From the NCBI GenBank assembly GCA_905214995.1, contig CAJMOT010000001.1:1-59140 (forward strand): 59,140 nt of DNA, in the 5' to 3' direction. The stretch is from an uncultured bacterium. GTDB lineage: Bacteria > Verrucomicrobiota > Verrucomicrobiia > Opitutales > Intestinicryptomonadaceae. This document shows, piece after piece, positions 13,420 to 24,011 of this stretch (position 1 is its first letter; the number at the start of each line of letters is the position of its first letter). The position numbers and the translations under genes were made by a program. Under the pieces are notes generated by a model. It was not told where the DNA came from. It ran no database searches and saw only the letters and a list, made by a program, of their open reading frames with translations.

Positions 13420-14952
13420 CTATCTTTTTTTCATTATCGCGGCGGGGACGGCGTTTGCAAGTTTCGATTTAAAGAGCCTGAGAAACGCGAAATAGGCGGC
13501 GGCCGCGGCCGGAATTATCGCGGCGCACGAGAGCAGCGCGAGCGACTTACCATCCAAAAATTCGGCGGCTATGCACCGCGCGGCTACGGCGGCGGCGGTC
13601 ATCGCGGAGCTCGCCGCAAAGATTTTGAAAGCCTCTTTGGAGATTCCGAGCGCGCCGAACTTCTTCCTGAGCCCCGACGATAGCATATGCGCCTGCAACG
13701 CCGCGGCTCCGGCGTTTGCCGCCGCCAGCCCCGCCGCCCCGAACGGGTGCATGAGCGCGAGCGACAGGGCGATGTTCGCCGCAAACGAGCACGCCGATAT
13801 TTTTACGGGCGTTTTGGTGTCTTTGGCGGAGTGGAATCCGCGGGTGGCGAAAGTCGCTATCGAAAAAAACGGCAATCCCGCCACCGCCGCGATTACGACG
13901 GGCGTGCAGATTTCCACGTCGCGCGCGTTGAACACGCCCCATTGGAAGAGCGCCGCGAGGATGTCCGGAGCGAAGGCTATCAGCCCGAAGGTAGCCGGAA
14001 CCGCCACGGCGAGCGTCATCAGAAAGCCCTTGGCGTATTCGCGCTTGTGCTCCGGCGCGTTTTCCGACGCTTTCAGCGCCGAGAGCCTCGGGAAAAACAC
14101 GGTTGCTATGGCTATCGTGAACACCCCGAGCGGGAATTCGAGCAGGCGGCTGGCGAGGTACAGGGCAGGGATCGCCGCGTCGTTTAGCAGCATCGCCAGC
14201 ATTTTGGAGACGAAAATGTTCACCTGTATTATCGCCGCTCCCGCGAGCGCGGGCAGGAACAGGGCGTAGAGCTCCCCGAGTTCGGGTGATTTGCCGAGGT
14301 CGAACTTGAACCTCCAGCCCTTTCTGTAAGTCCACGCCGCCGGAATCAGCATTTGCAGCGCTCCCCCGACGAGCCACGCGGCGCACATGCAGTATCCGAG
14401 GGCGATCTCGTCGGAAGAGAACGCGCGCGCGCCCAAAAATATCCCGCAAATTATGGATATGTTCAAAAGCATCGGCCCCACTGACGGAACCCCGAACGAG
14501 CCGAGCACATTGAGCGCGCTTCCGAAAACCGCCGCGAGGCATATCAAAAACATATAGGGCATCAGAACCGCCGAATAGCCCGCGCCGAGCAGGAAGCGCT
14601 GCGTCTGCATGTCCGAGCGCGCCGCGGCGAACGCCGCCGCAATTCCAGCCAGCGTCAGAACCGCGAGCAGTATCGCTGCCCGCGTCAGGACTTTGTTCAA
14701 AAAGTCGAATGCCGCCTTTTCTCCGGATTTTTCAAGGGTTTGGGCGAATATCGGTATCATCGCCGACGACAGCGCGCCTTCCCCGAGCAGTCGGCGGAAA
14801 AGGTTGGGGAGCGTGAAGGCGAAAGTGTACGCGGCGTTGACCGCCGACAGCCCGAGGAAAGCCATTGTAGCGGCGTCGCGCGCGAATCCGAGAGCCCGCG
14901 AGCCCACCGTGGCCGAGGATATTTTTATTATGTTTTTCAGCGGGCCTGCCAT
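13420..14952 (-). CDS. murJ: Lipid II flippase MurJ (MviN)
   Basis: SRALGFARD, AFTLPNLFRRLLGEGALS, RLLEFPLGVF, many TM segments; start at MAGPLK. Confidence 0.94.
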   Translation of the reverse strand: MAGPLKNIIKISSATVGSRALGFARDAATMAFLGLSAVNAAYTFAFTLPNLFRRLLGEGALSSAMIPIFAQTLEKSGEKAAFDFLNKVLTRAAILLAVLTLAGIAAAFAAARSDMQTQRFLLGAGYSAVLMPYMFLICLAAVFGSALNVLGSFGVPSVGPMLLNISIICGIFLGARAFSSDEIALGYCMCAAWLVGGALQMLIPAAWTYRKGWRFKFDLGKSPELGELYALFLPALAGAAIIQVNIFVSKMLAMLLNDAAIPALYLASRLLEFPLGVFTIAIATVFFPRLSALKASENAPEHKREYAKGFLMTLAVAVPATFGLIAFAPDILAALFQWGVFNARDVEICTPVVIAAVAGLPFFSIATFATRGFHSAKDTKTPVKISACSFAANIALSLALMHPFGAAGLAAANAGAAALQAHMLSSGLRKKFGALGISKEAFKIFAASSAMTAAAVAARCIAAEFLDGKSLALLSCAAIIPAAAAAYFAFLRLFKSKLANAVPAAIMKKR

Positions 14953-15184
14953 GATATTCCGCCCATGTTGCGCGGCGGGGGAGGGAATGTCAATTTTATT
15001 GCCCGCGGAACGGGGCGCGGGCTTTGCGTTTGCGGCATGGCCTGAAAAGGGGCTGGGAGGCGGGATGTCCGGCGCGGCGGGAGCGTCCTGAAAAAATTGC
15101 GGTTTGACATTCAAGCCGCCGCAAACTTTACTCCAACCAATGCGAAACGGTTTTTTCGCGCCCACAACGCAATAAACGTCCCAC

Positions 15185-16342
15185 ATGAAAAGCTTTTGGA
15201 TATTCGCTGCGTCGCTCGCCCTGCTCGGGTGCGCGTCGGCCCCCGCTGAAAAAACGCGCGCGCAGATGCGCGCCGAAAAGGCAGATTCCGACGCCCTCAT
15301 GATACTCGCCGAAGGGCTGCCCAACGCTCCGGTGTCGCGAGACTCCATACCGATAGGCGGAGGCGTTCTGTACATGGTGGAGAAAAGCGGAACCGGAAAG
15401 ATATTTTCCCGCCTGAGTTCCGACGGCGGCAAGACTTGGTCGGAGCCCTCCGCCCTGAAATACGCGGACACCGGCAGGTACATTCTAAATCCCAACTCGC
15501 GCCCGCAGATTTTCGCGCTCCCGAACGGATCGGCGGTTTTGCTGTTCTACAACAACACTTCCGATTCCTACGACGGCGGAAACGTAATTTGGGGTTCCGC
15601 GGGCAGGCCGGTCGGCGGCGAAATCAGGTGGTCGCAGCCGCAGCCTCTGTTGGTTTCAAAATCGCCCGAAAAAAAATATTCACTGCCGTTTTTCTTTTCC
15701 AAAAACGGCTCCTATTGGCTATTTACCCGCAACGGCAAGCGCGGCGCGCTCCGGAAAGTCGGCGCAAATGCGGCGAAGTTTCTGGACTCCGACCCTGAGC
15801 GCACTCTCGCGACGCGCGGAATGCTGCTGAACCTCAAAAATATCGAGAGGGGAGGCCGCACCGTGCCCATGCCGCGCATTCCTGACGTCAAGAAGAGGGG
15901 GCTTACGGTTGAGTTCGTCGCGAATTTTGAGAACGCGGAGGCGGGAGTTCCGATTTTCGACAACACCGACGCCCAGGGAAAGGGCCTGAAAGTCGAGACA
16001 GCCCCCGGGCGGGCGTTTTCGATTTATTTGAACGACGGCGTGTCGCAGTTCGGCTGGACGACCGACGCCGGCGCGTACGTCCCCGGAAAAGACGCGCACA
16101 TAGCGATAGTAATCGACGGAAAATCCAAGCTGGCGATGTCGGTGTACGACGGTCAGGTTTGCGACGGAGATTCCGCAAGGCCGTTCGGGTGGGAGACTTT
16201 CTATCCCGAAATATCGTCCGTCAACGCCTCCGGCAGCGCGGTGGTGGCGCGCGGGTTCGGCGTGGACATGAAGCGGTTCAGAATCTACTCGCGCCCGCTT
16301 TCCGTATCGGAAATAATCTCGAACAAAAATTCCGGAAGATAG
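15185..16342 (+). CDS. Lipoprotein with a BNR/Asp-box region and a C-terminal LamG/ConA-like domain
   Basis: Lipobox LLGC; Asp-box SSDGGKTWS; LamG-like HIAIVIDG...RFRIYSRPLSVSEI. Confidence 0.75.
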   Translation: MKSFWIFAASLALLGCASAPAEKTRAQMRAEKADSDALMILAEGLPNAPVSRDSIPIGGGVLYMVEKSGTGKIFSRLSSDGGKTWSEPSALKYADTGRYILNPNSRPQIFALPNGSAVLLFYNNTSDSYDGGNVIWGSAGRPVGGEIRWSQPQPLLVSKSPEKKYSLPFFFSKNGSYWLFTRNGKRGALRKVGANAAKFLDSDPERTLATRGMLLNLKNIERGGRTVPMPRIPDVKKRGLTVEFVANFENAEAGVPIFDNTDAQGKGLKVETAPGRAFSIYLNDGVSQFGWTTDAGAYVPGKDAHIAIVIDGKSKLAMSVYDGQVCDGDSARPFGWETFYPEISSVNASGSAVVARGFGVDMKRFRIYSRPLSVSEIISNKNSGR

Positions 16343-16429
16343 ACGCGGCTTTTCCCCGGACTTTCCAGCGCGGGGCATTAAAATCCTTGACACCCCGCAT
16401 TGCGAATTGATTGTATTGACGAACAATTT

Positions 16430-16513
16430 GCCCGGATGGCGGAATCGGCAGACGCAGCGGACTCAAAATCCGCCGATGGCGACATCGTGAGGGTTCGACC
16501 CCCTCTCCGGGTA
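16430..16513 (+). tRNA. tRNA-Leu (anticodon CAA)
   Basis: Acceptor stem GCCCGGA/TCCGGGT, discriminator A, D-loop GGAATCGGCAGAC, anticodon arm GCGGA-CTCAAAA-TCCGC, long variable arm, GGTTCGACC T-loop. CCA is not encoded. Confidence 0.96.
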
Positions 16514-16825
16514 CGGTTTAAAAGCTTTGGCGCGTGCGCGCCGCAATCGTCCGCAACGCTTCGCTTGCGGTTTTTTTGCGATTTAAAATCGCGTTCGCCG
16601 AGTTTTCTATTTTTCCGCCCGTTTGAGGGGGCGGTTTTCCGATATTTTCCGCACTGTTTTGTTTCATAGAATTTGATTATTGAGAAATAAATCGGTATTT
16701 GGAAAACTTCCCTTGTAAGGATTTTTCGGCGGGAACTTTTCAGTGGGAGAGATGAGAGAGGCGTATTGCGGATTAGGCGAAATTTTTGCCGTAGGCGCGG
16801 TTTTTTTGTCGCCGACGGGATTGGC

Positions 16826-16853
16826 TTGACTTGGCGGATGCGAGGCTTACATT
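16826..16853 (+). promoter_or_regulatory. Putative sigma70 promoter for the membrane protein-lpxA-pdxA operon
   Basis: TTGACT-16 bp-TACATT. Confidence 0.5.
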
Positions 16854-16915
16854 AGCGAACCTATATTATACAGATCGTTCGCGCATACGGGCGCGCGGGC
16901 GGGCGAGGGGGCATC

Positions 16916-18571
16916 ATGAAGTTTTTGGTCAATTTGGCGGTATCGGCGGCGAGGATAGGCGTCGGGGCGGCGCTTTTGATTTTGGCGGCGGGGATACCCG
17001 CGTATTTTTTTGAGTGCGACCGCCGGACGGTCGCCGCCGCGGGGGAAGGGACGCCTTCTCCCCTCGATATAGCCGGAATTTATCTCGACGCCTCCAAGAT
17101 TTCCACCGCCTCCCTCATCGCGAAAGAGTCGGGGACCTTCGGCGAGATTTCCGGAGCCGTTGAAAAGCAGTATTCCGCGCACCCGCAGTGGGTTGCGGCG
17201 GGCGGCAAGGAGCCGTTTTTCGAGGCGTATTATTCGAGCGTTCCCGAGACGCCCGCGCGGATGTCCCCCGCGCCGCTGTATTCGGTGCTTGCCGCTTCCG
17301 ACAGCCGCAAAAAATTGCTCGATTTTCTCGCCCAGGCGGACAGCGGGCTCGTCAAAAAGTTCATATCAATGCGCGGCATGAATCCCGCCATATTCCCGCC
17401 CGTCTATTCGTCGGCTGGCGCCCCGCTCGAGGCCGCCCTTCTGATCAACGCGCTGATGGCGCAGACGGGCGACTTCGACAGAAGATTTTTGCTCGACATC
17501 GCCTCCATTATGGAGCTCTCCGAAAAGTCGCCGGAGAAGAAAGAGGAATTCGAGAAATACTGCCTCGCGACCCTCGCGTTTGCGAAGGGCTACGATTGGA
17601 CGATAGTAAGGTCGATTTTCTCGCATTTTTCCTCCGCGGGCGAGGCATACGGGTTTGCAAGGGTCTACGAGTCCGCCCCCACGCGCGACTATAAAAACGT
17701 CCTGCTGGCGGGAATGTTCGAGTGCGGCAGCCCGTCGATGTGCTCGCGGTATCTCGACGGCGCGGACCCGCGCAGGTGGGAGGATTTCCGGTACGCCTTT
17801 TTGCATGGGGAGGGAGCGCTCGCGTTTCTGCTCGAATCGGGTTCGCCGATATATTCAGACTCGGCATTTGCGCGCTTTTTGTCTCCGATTTGCTCGCCGA
17901 TAAAGGAGGCTCTCGCGCCCTATGCCGCGAAATTTCCGGCGGCGGCGCTTTCCGCCAAGGTTGCGCTCGCGGTTATCGGCGGATATTTTTTCATCCGCGG
18001 GTTATTGAGGATTTTCCGGCCGGAGCGCGACACCCCAAGCTGGCATTCTCCGCTCGCGCTGGCGCGCGGGCTCTTGGAGGCGCTCGCAGTGGCGTTGGCG
18101 TTTTTCCTGCTCGCGGAGCCGAACGCCTTTGCCGCAAATTCGGTTGAAAACGCGCCGGCGCCGGAGTTAAAGTTTGCATTTGAAAAAGCAATCAACACCA
18201 TAGGAGAGGAAACCATGAATTTTGAAACCGATACGGCAACGATAGCGGCGGTGGCGCTGTTTTTTGTGTTGCAGCTGACGGTCTACGTCTTCTGCCTGAT
18301 ACGCCTTTCTATGATAAAGCGAATAAAGGTCCCCGCGAAGCTCAAAATGCAGCTGCTCGAAAACGAGGAGACGCTTTTCGACCTCGGGCTCTACATAGGC
18401 TTGGGGGGGACGGTGTTTTCGCTCATACTGCTTACGATGGGTATCGTGACGGCGAGCCTCATGGCCGCCTACGCCTCGACGCTCTTCGGAATTCTCTTTA
18501 CCGCCCTCGTCAAGACGATGCACGTTAGGCGCTACAAGCGCAGGCTGCTTTTGGAGGCGGCGAACGAATAG
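16916..18571 (+). CDS. Hypothetical membrane protein with a C-terminal MotA/TolQ/ExbB-like segment
   Basis: N-terminal TM, large soluble region, several C-terminal TMs. DLGLYIGLGGTVFSL...SLMAAYASTLFGI resembles the proton-channel helices of the family (recalled similarity, not searched). Confidence 0.65.
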   Translation: MKFLVNLAVSAARIGVGAALLILAAGIPAYFFECDRRTVAAAGEGTPSPLDIAGIYLDASKISTASLIAKESGTFGEISGAVEKQYSAHPQWVAAGGKEPFFEAYYSSVPETPARMSPAPLYSVLAASDSRKKLLDFLAQADSGLVKKFISMRGMNPAIFPPVYSSAGAPLEAALLINALMAQTGDFDRRFLLDIASIMELSEKSPEKKEEFEKYCLATLAFAKGYDWTIVRSIFSHFSSAGEAYGFARVYESAPTRDYKNVLLAGMFECGSPSMCSRYLDGADPRRWEDFRYAFLHGEGALAFLLESGSPIYSDSAFARFLSPICSPIKEALAPYAAKFPAAALSAKVALAVIGGYFFIRGLLRIFRPERDTPSWHSPLALARGLLEALAVALAFFLLAEPNAFAANSVENAPAPELKFAFEKAINTIGEETMNFETDTATIAAVALFFVLQLTVYVFCLIRLSMIKRIKVPAKLKMQLLENEETLFDLGLYIGLGGTVFSLILLTMGIVTASLMAAYASTLFGILFTALVKTMHVRRYKRRLLLEAANE

Positions 18572-18575
18572 GCTT

Positions 18576-19364
18576 ATGATACACCCCACCGCGATTGTCC
18601 CCACGTCCGCAAAGCTCGGGCAAAACGTTGAAATAGGCGCGTACGCCGTCCTCGAGGACGGCGTTGAAATTGGCGACAACTCTTCAATAGAGGCGCACGC
18701 CCACATAAAGGGCGGCGCGCGCATAGGACGCGGCTGTTCGGTGGGCTCGTTCGCCACGATTTCCGGAGACCCGCAGGATTTGCACTTCGACAGGGCTACG
18801 GTTTCCTTTGCCGAAATCGGCGACGGCACTGTCGTGCGCGAAGGGGCGACCGTCCACAGGGCGACGGCGGCCGGGGGGGCCACGAAAGTCGGAAAAAACT
18901 GCCTGCTAATGGCAAATTCCCACATAGGCCACGACTGCGTTGTCGGCGACCGCTGCATTTTGGCGCCCTTCTGCGCGCTCGGCGGATTTGTCCGAATGGG
19001 CGACGACGTGTTCGCCAGCGGCGGCGTGATGCTGCACCAGAAAATTCGCGTGGGCGACGGGGTGATGATAAGCGGGGTTTCGGCGTTTTCGGCGGACATT
19101 CCCCCGTACGTCAACGCCCATAAGCGCAACACGGTCGCGGGCATAAACCTGATAGGAATGCGCCGCAGAAACACTCCACCGGCGGCGGTCGCGGAGGTCA
19201 AGCGTCTCTATATGGCGGTTTACGCGGGCGGCGTCTGCGCCGAAAACGCCGGAAAACTCCTGGCGCAAAAGGCGTATTCTACCCCTGAAGGGGAAAATTT
19301 TTTGAGGTTTTTTGCGGAGCCCGGCAGACACTACATACACCTCGATCGCGAAAAACGCAGATAG
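18576..19364 (+). CDS. lpxA: UDP-N-acetylglucosamine O-acyltransferase
   Basis: MIHPTAIV, hexapeptide repeats, PQDL, REGATVHRAT, NSHIGHDC, GINLIGMRR. Confidence 0.93.
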   Translation: MIHPTAIVPTSAKLGQNVEIGAYAVLEDGVEIGDNSSIEAHAHIKGGARIGRGCSVGSFATISGDPQDLHFDRATVSFAEIGDGTVVREGATVHRATAAGGATKVGKNCLLMANSHIGHDCVVGDRCILAPFCALGGFVRMGDDVFASGGVMLHQKIRVGDGVMISGVSAFSADIPPYVNAHKRNTVAGINLIGMRRRNTPPAAVAEVKRLYMAVYAGGVCAENAGKLLAQKAYSTPEGENFLRFFAEPGRHYIHLDREKRR

Positions 19365-19370
19365 GCTGAG

Positions 19371-20294
19371 ATGGGGCTTTCCGGAAAAAAAATCGCCATA
19401 ACCGTCGGCGACCCCGCGGGGGTCGGGCCCGACGTGATAGCGGCGTGGGCGAAATCGGCGCCCAAACGGCTTTTGGAGCGCGCGGAGGTTTTGGCTCATG
19501 CGGATTTTCTCGACAGCCTCCCCGCCGAACTCGGGAAGCGGCCGATAGGCCCTGCGGATTTTCGGGCGAAGGCGGGCGAGCCCTCCGCTGCAGGGTGCGA
19601 AGTGGCGGCTCTCGCGCTCGAAGGCGCCGCCGCGGGGTGCCCGGAGGGGCGTTATTCCGCAGTCGTGACGGCTCCGATTTCAAAATTTGAAATGCGCAAA
19701 ATAGGCTTCGACTTCCCCGGGCAGACGGAATTTTTTGCGGCGCGCTGGGGAGGGGAGCCCGTCATGTGCTTTGCGGGGGGAGAGCTTTTGGTGTCGCTTG
19801 CCACGTGGCACGAGCCCCTTTCGAAAGTCCCGTCGCTTCTCGGCTTCGGGCGCATATCGAGGGCGGTGGAGGCGGCGGCGGAGCTCGCGCGCAGACTCAG
19901 GGGGGCTGACGCGCCGAGAATCGCCGTATGCGGGCTGAACCCGCACGCGGGCGAGGACGGGCTTATGGGCAGGGAGGAAATCGACGTCATCGACCCGATT
20001 CTGAACGCGCTTCGCGAAAAATACCCGAATTTGTCGCGCACCTTGCCGCCCGACACGGTTTTCGCCAGAATGAGGCGCGGGGAATTTGACGCGGTTGCGT
20101 CCATGTACCACGACCAAGCTCTCGCGCCCCTCAAAACCCTCGAATTCGACAGGGCCGTCAATATTTCGATGAACCTTCCGTTCGTCCGCACGAGCCCCGA
20201 CCACGGCACCGGATATTCGATAGCGGGCACGGGAGCCGCCGACTGCTCGAGCTTTTCGAACGCCGTCGATTTGGCGTTGAAACTTTGCCGGTAG
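19371..20294 (+). CDS. pdxA: 4-hydroxythreonine-4-phosphate dehydrogenase
   Basis: ITVGDPAGVGP, TAPISK, GLNPHAGE, MYHDQ, RTSPDHGT. Confidence 0.94.
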   Translation: MGLSGKKIAITVGDPAGVGPDVIAAWAKSAPKRLLERAEVLAHADFLDSLPAELGKRPIGPADFRAKAGEPSAAGCEVAALALEGAAAGCPEGRYSAVVTAPISKFEMRKIGFDFPGQTEFFAARWGGEPVMCFAGGELLVSLATWHEPLSKVPSLLGFGRISRAVEAAAELARRLRGADAPRIAVCGLNPHAGEDGLMGREEIDVIDPILNALREKYPNLSRTLPPDTVFARMRRGEFDAVASMYHDQALAPLKTLEFDRAVNISMNLPFVRTSPDHGTGYSIAGTGAADCSSFSNAVDLALKLCR

Positions 20295-20324
20295 CCTTTT
20301 TGTCTTTCCCGGGCGGCAAATTGC

Positions 20325-20352
20325 TTGACGCGCCCGCCGATTGGCCCATTAT
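20325..20352 (+). promoter_or_regulatory. Putative sigma70 promoter of tig
   Basis: TTGACG-16 bp-CATTAT, about 70 nt upstream of the tig ATG. Confidence 0.5.
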
Positions 20353-20422
20353 AAACGGCCTTTTACAGACAAACTTTCGCGTTCGTCCGCAGCGCGCCGG
20401 GACGCCGAAACGCCTTTAAATT

Positions 20423-21742
20423 ATGAATACGAAAATTGAAAATATCAGCGATACGAGAAAGAAGATAACCGTGGCCTTCGCCCCCGAGCAGGTCGAGGAA
20501 GAAAAGGGAAAGACTGTTGCGGATTTCGTGCGCAACGCAAAAATTCCCGGATTCAGGCCCGGGAAGGCTCCCAAGTCCATGGTTGAAAAGCTCTACTCCG
20601 ACGCGATAAAAGACCAGCTCGAACGCTCGCTCACAAGCAGGGCTGTCGAAGACATCAACTCCATCAAGGATTTCGACCTGTACGCCGTAGTGGACATCAA
20701 GCGCGAGGAAAAGGACGGCGGATTCGAGCTCGAATTCACCGCCGACGTCTATCCCGAAGTGAAGCTTCCCGAATCGCTCGAAACAAAGGTGGAGCTCGAG
20801 CCCGCCGAGGCGTCCGACGCGGAGGTTGACAACGCCGTCGAATACTACCGCAACCAGCGCGCCAAGTACGAGGAAGTCGACCGCGAAATCAGGAAGGGCG
20901 ATTTTGTGCGCCTATCCTACAAGGGAACCGTTGACGGCGCGCCCGTCTCCGAAATCGAGACGTCGCTTCCGATTTTTGCCGAGCAGAAATCCACTTGGGA
21001 GGAGGCCGGCAACGAAAACGCCCCGGGCGTGCAGGGCGTGGTGCAGGGCATCGTCGGAATGAAAAAGGGCGAAAAGAAAACCCTCTCCCACGAATTCCCC
21101 AAGGAATTTCCAAACGAAAAGCTCGCCGGCAAAAAGGCCGACTACGAAGTCGAAATTTTTGAAGTGCGCGAAAAGAAGCTTCCCGAGCTCGACGCCGAAT
21201 TTTTCAAGGCGTTCGAGGTCGACTCTCTCGACGCCCTCAAAAACAAGGTGCGCGAAAGCATAATCAACGAAAAGAAGAGCAACAACGAAATCCTCAAAAG
21301 GCAGTTCGCGGTGGAGCAGCTGATGGGCAAGTCCGAGTTCGCACTGCCCGAAAGCGCGCTCGAGGACGAGCGGCAGTCGATTCTCGAAGAGATGATGATG
21401 CGCTTCATGTCGTCCGGCGCCTCCCGCGAGGACATCGAAAAGAACAAGGAGGCCCTCTTCGACAGCGCGGGCAAGGAGGCCGAGGGGCGCGCCAAAATGC
21501 GCATATTCCTCAACCGCGTAGCCAAGGCAAACGACCTCAAAATAGACAATGAGGACATGAGCCGCATGCTCTGGCAGGAGGCAATGCGCACGCACACAAA
21601 GCCCGAAGAGCTCATAAAGCAGCTCCGCAAGGATCCCGCGCGCGCCAACCGCCTGCGCTCCGACGCCCTCCTCCAAAAGGCAATCAACTTCATCGCCGAA
21701 AAGGCGAAAGTCGAGACTAAAGCCGCGGAAGCCGCCAAGTAG
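20423..21742 (+). CDS. tig: Trigger factor
   Basis: Ribosome-binding signature IPGFRPGKAP, FKBP-like middle domain, location upstream of clpP-clpX. Confidence 0.96.
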   Translation: MNTKIENISDTRKKITVAFAPEQVEEEKGKTVADFVRNAKIPGFRPGKAPKSMVEKLYSDAIKDQLERSLTSRAVEDINSIKDFDLYAVVDIKREEKDGGFELEFTADVYPEVKLPESLETKVELEPAEASDAEVDNAVEYYRNQRAKYEEVDREIRKGDFVRLSYKGTVDGAPVSEIETSLPIFAEQKSTWEEAGNENAPGVQGVVQGIVGMKKGEKKTLSHEFPKEFPNEKLAGKKADYEVEIFEVREKKLPELDAEFFKAFEVDSLDALKNKVRESIINEKKSNNEILKRQFAVEQLMGKSEFALPESALEDERQSILEEMMMRFMSSGASREDIEKNKEALFDSAGKEAEGRAKMRIFLNRVAKANDLKIDNEDMSRMLWQEAMRTHTKPEELIKQLRKDPARANRLRSDALLQKAINFIAEKAKVETKAAEAAK

Positions 21743-21754
21743 CCGCTTTTGACG

Positions 21755-21789
21755 CTCCGCGCCTTTTGCCGGCGCGGAGTTTTGTTTTT
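21755..21789 (+). terminator. Intrinsic terminator after tig
   Basis: CTCCGCGCC/GGCGCGGAG stem followed by TTTTGTTTTT. Confidence 0.75.
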
Positions 21790-22091
21790 CCGGGTTTCCC
21801 GCGGCCTGAATACGCGCCATGCCGGGAGATTCGCAAAAGCGGGGCCGCGCCATGCCGCGCGGCGGCGCGTTTTATGGCGGAAGGTTAGCCGCGGCGGGAG
21901 GATTTCCGGCGTCTTTTCCCGTCTTGGCGCAAGGGCGCTCCGGACGGGCGCGTGCGCAAGATTTTTTGTTGAGTTTATCACGGGAATTTTGTTGTTTTAT
22001 AAAAAGCCGGCAAAGCCGATATTTTACCAACCGGATAATGTCATTCCGCCGCCGCTGCGGATTCGGGCGGCAAAACAATAGAAATCATACC

Positions 22092-22688
22092 ATGGGAGAA
22101 TATTACATTCCTACAGTTTTCGAACGCGACGGCAGAACCGAGAGGTCGTGGGACGTTTATTCGCGCCTCCTCAAAGACCGCATCGTATTTATCGGCACCC
22201 CCATAACGGACGGGGTCGCCAACGCCGTGATAGCGCAGCTTCTCTTCCTCCAAATGGAGGACGCCAAGAAGGACGTCCACATTTACATAAACAGCCCCGG
22301 GGGGTCGCTGACCGCGGGCATGGCTATTTACGACACCATGAACTTTTTGCACTGCGATGTCGTGACGTATTGCGTCGGGCAGGCTGCGAGCATGGCGACG
22401 ATTCTCCTGGCGGCGGGCGCCAAGGGCAAGCGGTATTCTCTGCCGAATTCGCGCGTGATGATACACCAGCCTTACGGCGGCGCTACTGGGCAGGCGCGCG
22501 ACGTCTCCATAGCCGCAAACGAAATCCTGCGCTGGCGCTCCAAAATCAACGAAATTCTTTCAAAGACCACCGGTAAGCCGGTCGCCCAAATCGAAAAGGA
22601 TTCCGACCGCGACTTCTACATGACCGCCGAAGAGGCCCTCAAATACGGAATAGTTGACAAGGTCATAGAGAGCAAGCGCGACGTTTAA
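22092..22688 (+). CDS. clpP: ATP-dependent Clp protease proteolytic subunit
   Basis: [24 protein letters not shown] (Ser), MIHQP (His), DRDFYM (Asp). Confidence 0.97.
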   Translation: MGEYYIPTVFERDGRTERSWDVYSRLLKDRIVFIGTPITDGVANAVIAQLLFLQMEDAKKDVHIYINSPGGSLTAGMAIYDTMNFLHCDVVTYCVGQAASMATILLAAGAKGKRYSLPNSRVMIHQPYGGATGQARDVSIAANEILRWRSKINEILSKTTGKPVAQIEKDSDRDFYMTAEEALKYGIVDKVIESKRDV

Positions 22689-22689
22689 G

Positions 22690-23928
22690 ATGGCAAAAGA
22701 CTTCCAGACTTGCAGCTTTTGCGGGCGTTCTGCCCGCGAAGTCGGCACGCTCGTGGCGGGCGCGAACGGCTCATTTATCTGCCCCGCTTGCGTGGAGACC
22801 CTCCACAACGCCTTTGAGTTGCGCGACATGGAGGACAGGGCCAAGCGCATGGACGCGATGCTCGACTTCGACATGAAAACCCCGTCGCAGCTCAAGCGCG
22901 GTCTGGACGAGTACGTCGTTGGGCAGGAGGACGCCAAGAAGATTCTGAGCGTGGCTGTCTACAACCATTACAAGCGCCTTCGCTCCGAGATGCTCGGCTC
23001 GGGCGGCTCCGAATATCCGGACGTGGAAATCGAGAAGAGCAACGTCCTTCTGATCGGACCGACTGGCAGCGGCAAGACGTATCTTGCGCGCACGCTCGCA
23101 AAAATGCTCAACGTGCCCTTCGCAATAGGCGACGCCACTACCGTCACCGAGGCCGGATACGTCGGCGAAGACGTGGAAAATCTCGTACTCAATCTCGTGA
23201 GGGCGGCGGACTACAATATCGAGCGCGCGCAGTGCGGCATAGTCTACATAGACGAAATCGACAAGATCTGCCGCAAGAACGAAAACGTCTCCATCACGCG
23301 CGACGTCGGCGGCGAGGGCGTGCAGCAGGCGCTTTTGAAAATTCTCGAGGGGACGATCTGCAACATTCCGCCGAAGGGCGGGCGCAAGCATCCGGACCAG
23401 CAGTATCTGCGCGTCGACACCCGCAACATTCTCTTCATATGCGGGGGCGCGTTCGTCGGGCTCGACAAAATTATCGCGCGGCGCACGGAGTCCAAGGTTC
23501 TCGGGTTCAACTCCGCCGCCTCTTCCGACCCGAAGTCGGAGGCGGAAATCCTCTCCAAAGTCCAGCCGGAAGACCTCGTGAAATTCGGGTTCATTCCGGA
23601 GTTCATAGGCCGCCTTCCCGTGGTGTGCTCGCTCGCGGGGCTGTCGGAGGCGGATCTGGTGCGGATACTCACCGCAACAAAGAACTCGCTCGTCAAGCAG
23701 TACTCCAAGCTTCTTTCTTTCGACGGCGCGAAGCTCCGGTTTACGGACGGCGCGATAGAGGCGATCGCGCGCAAGGCGATCGAATTCGGCACCGGCGCGC
23801 GGGCATTGCGCTCCATCATGGAGGGCGTAATGCTCGACGTAATGTACGGGCTGCCCGACAAAAAGGAGAAGGGAGAGGTCGTCATAGACGAGTCGCGCGT
23901 GGATTCAATCTCCCAAAAGGCGTCTTGA
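22690..23928 (+). CDS. clpX: Clp protease ATP-binding subunit ClpX
   Basis: CSFCG...ICPAC zinc domain, [26 protein letters not shown] loop. Confidence 0.97.
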   Translation: MAKDFQTCSFCGRSAREVGTLVAGANGSFICPACVETLHNAFELRDMEDRAKRMDAMLDFDMKTPSQLKRGLDEYVVGQEDAKKILSVAVYNHYKRLRSEMLGSGGSEYPDVEIEKSNVLLIGPTGSGKTYLARTLAKMLNVPFAIGDATTVTEAGYVGEDVENLVLNLVRAADYNIERAQCGIVYIDEIDKICRKNENVSITRDVGGEGVQQALLKILEGTICNIPPKGGRKHPDQQYLRVDTRNILFICGGAFVGLDKIIARRTESKVLGFNSAASSDPKSEAEILSKVQPEDLVKFGFIPEFIGRLPVVCSLAGLSEADLVRILTATKNSLVKQYSKLLSFDGAKLRFTDGAIEAIARKAIEFGTGARALRSIMEGVMLDVMYGLPDKKEKGEVVIDESRVDSISQKAS

Positions 23929-24011
23929 GCCGTCGCCGGTTCGGGAGTTTTTTGCGCGGCGCCAAGCGAATATGCTTGCGCCGTTTTTCATTTTGACGAT
24001 ATTGGGAAACA

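Noticed and set aside
16514..16800. AT-richer spacer after tRNA-Leu, considered as an integration-site remnant
   Set aside because: No integrase fragment and no duplicated tRNA 3' end were found in the window.
21790..22091. N-terminal extension of ClpP in the ORF track and a long tig-clpP spacer
   Set aside because: ClpP homology begins at ATG 22092. The spacer has GC palindromes but no recognisable RNA motif.
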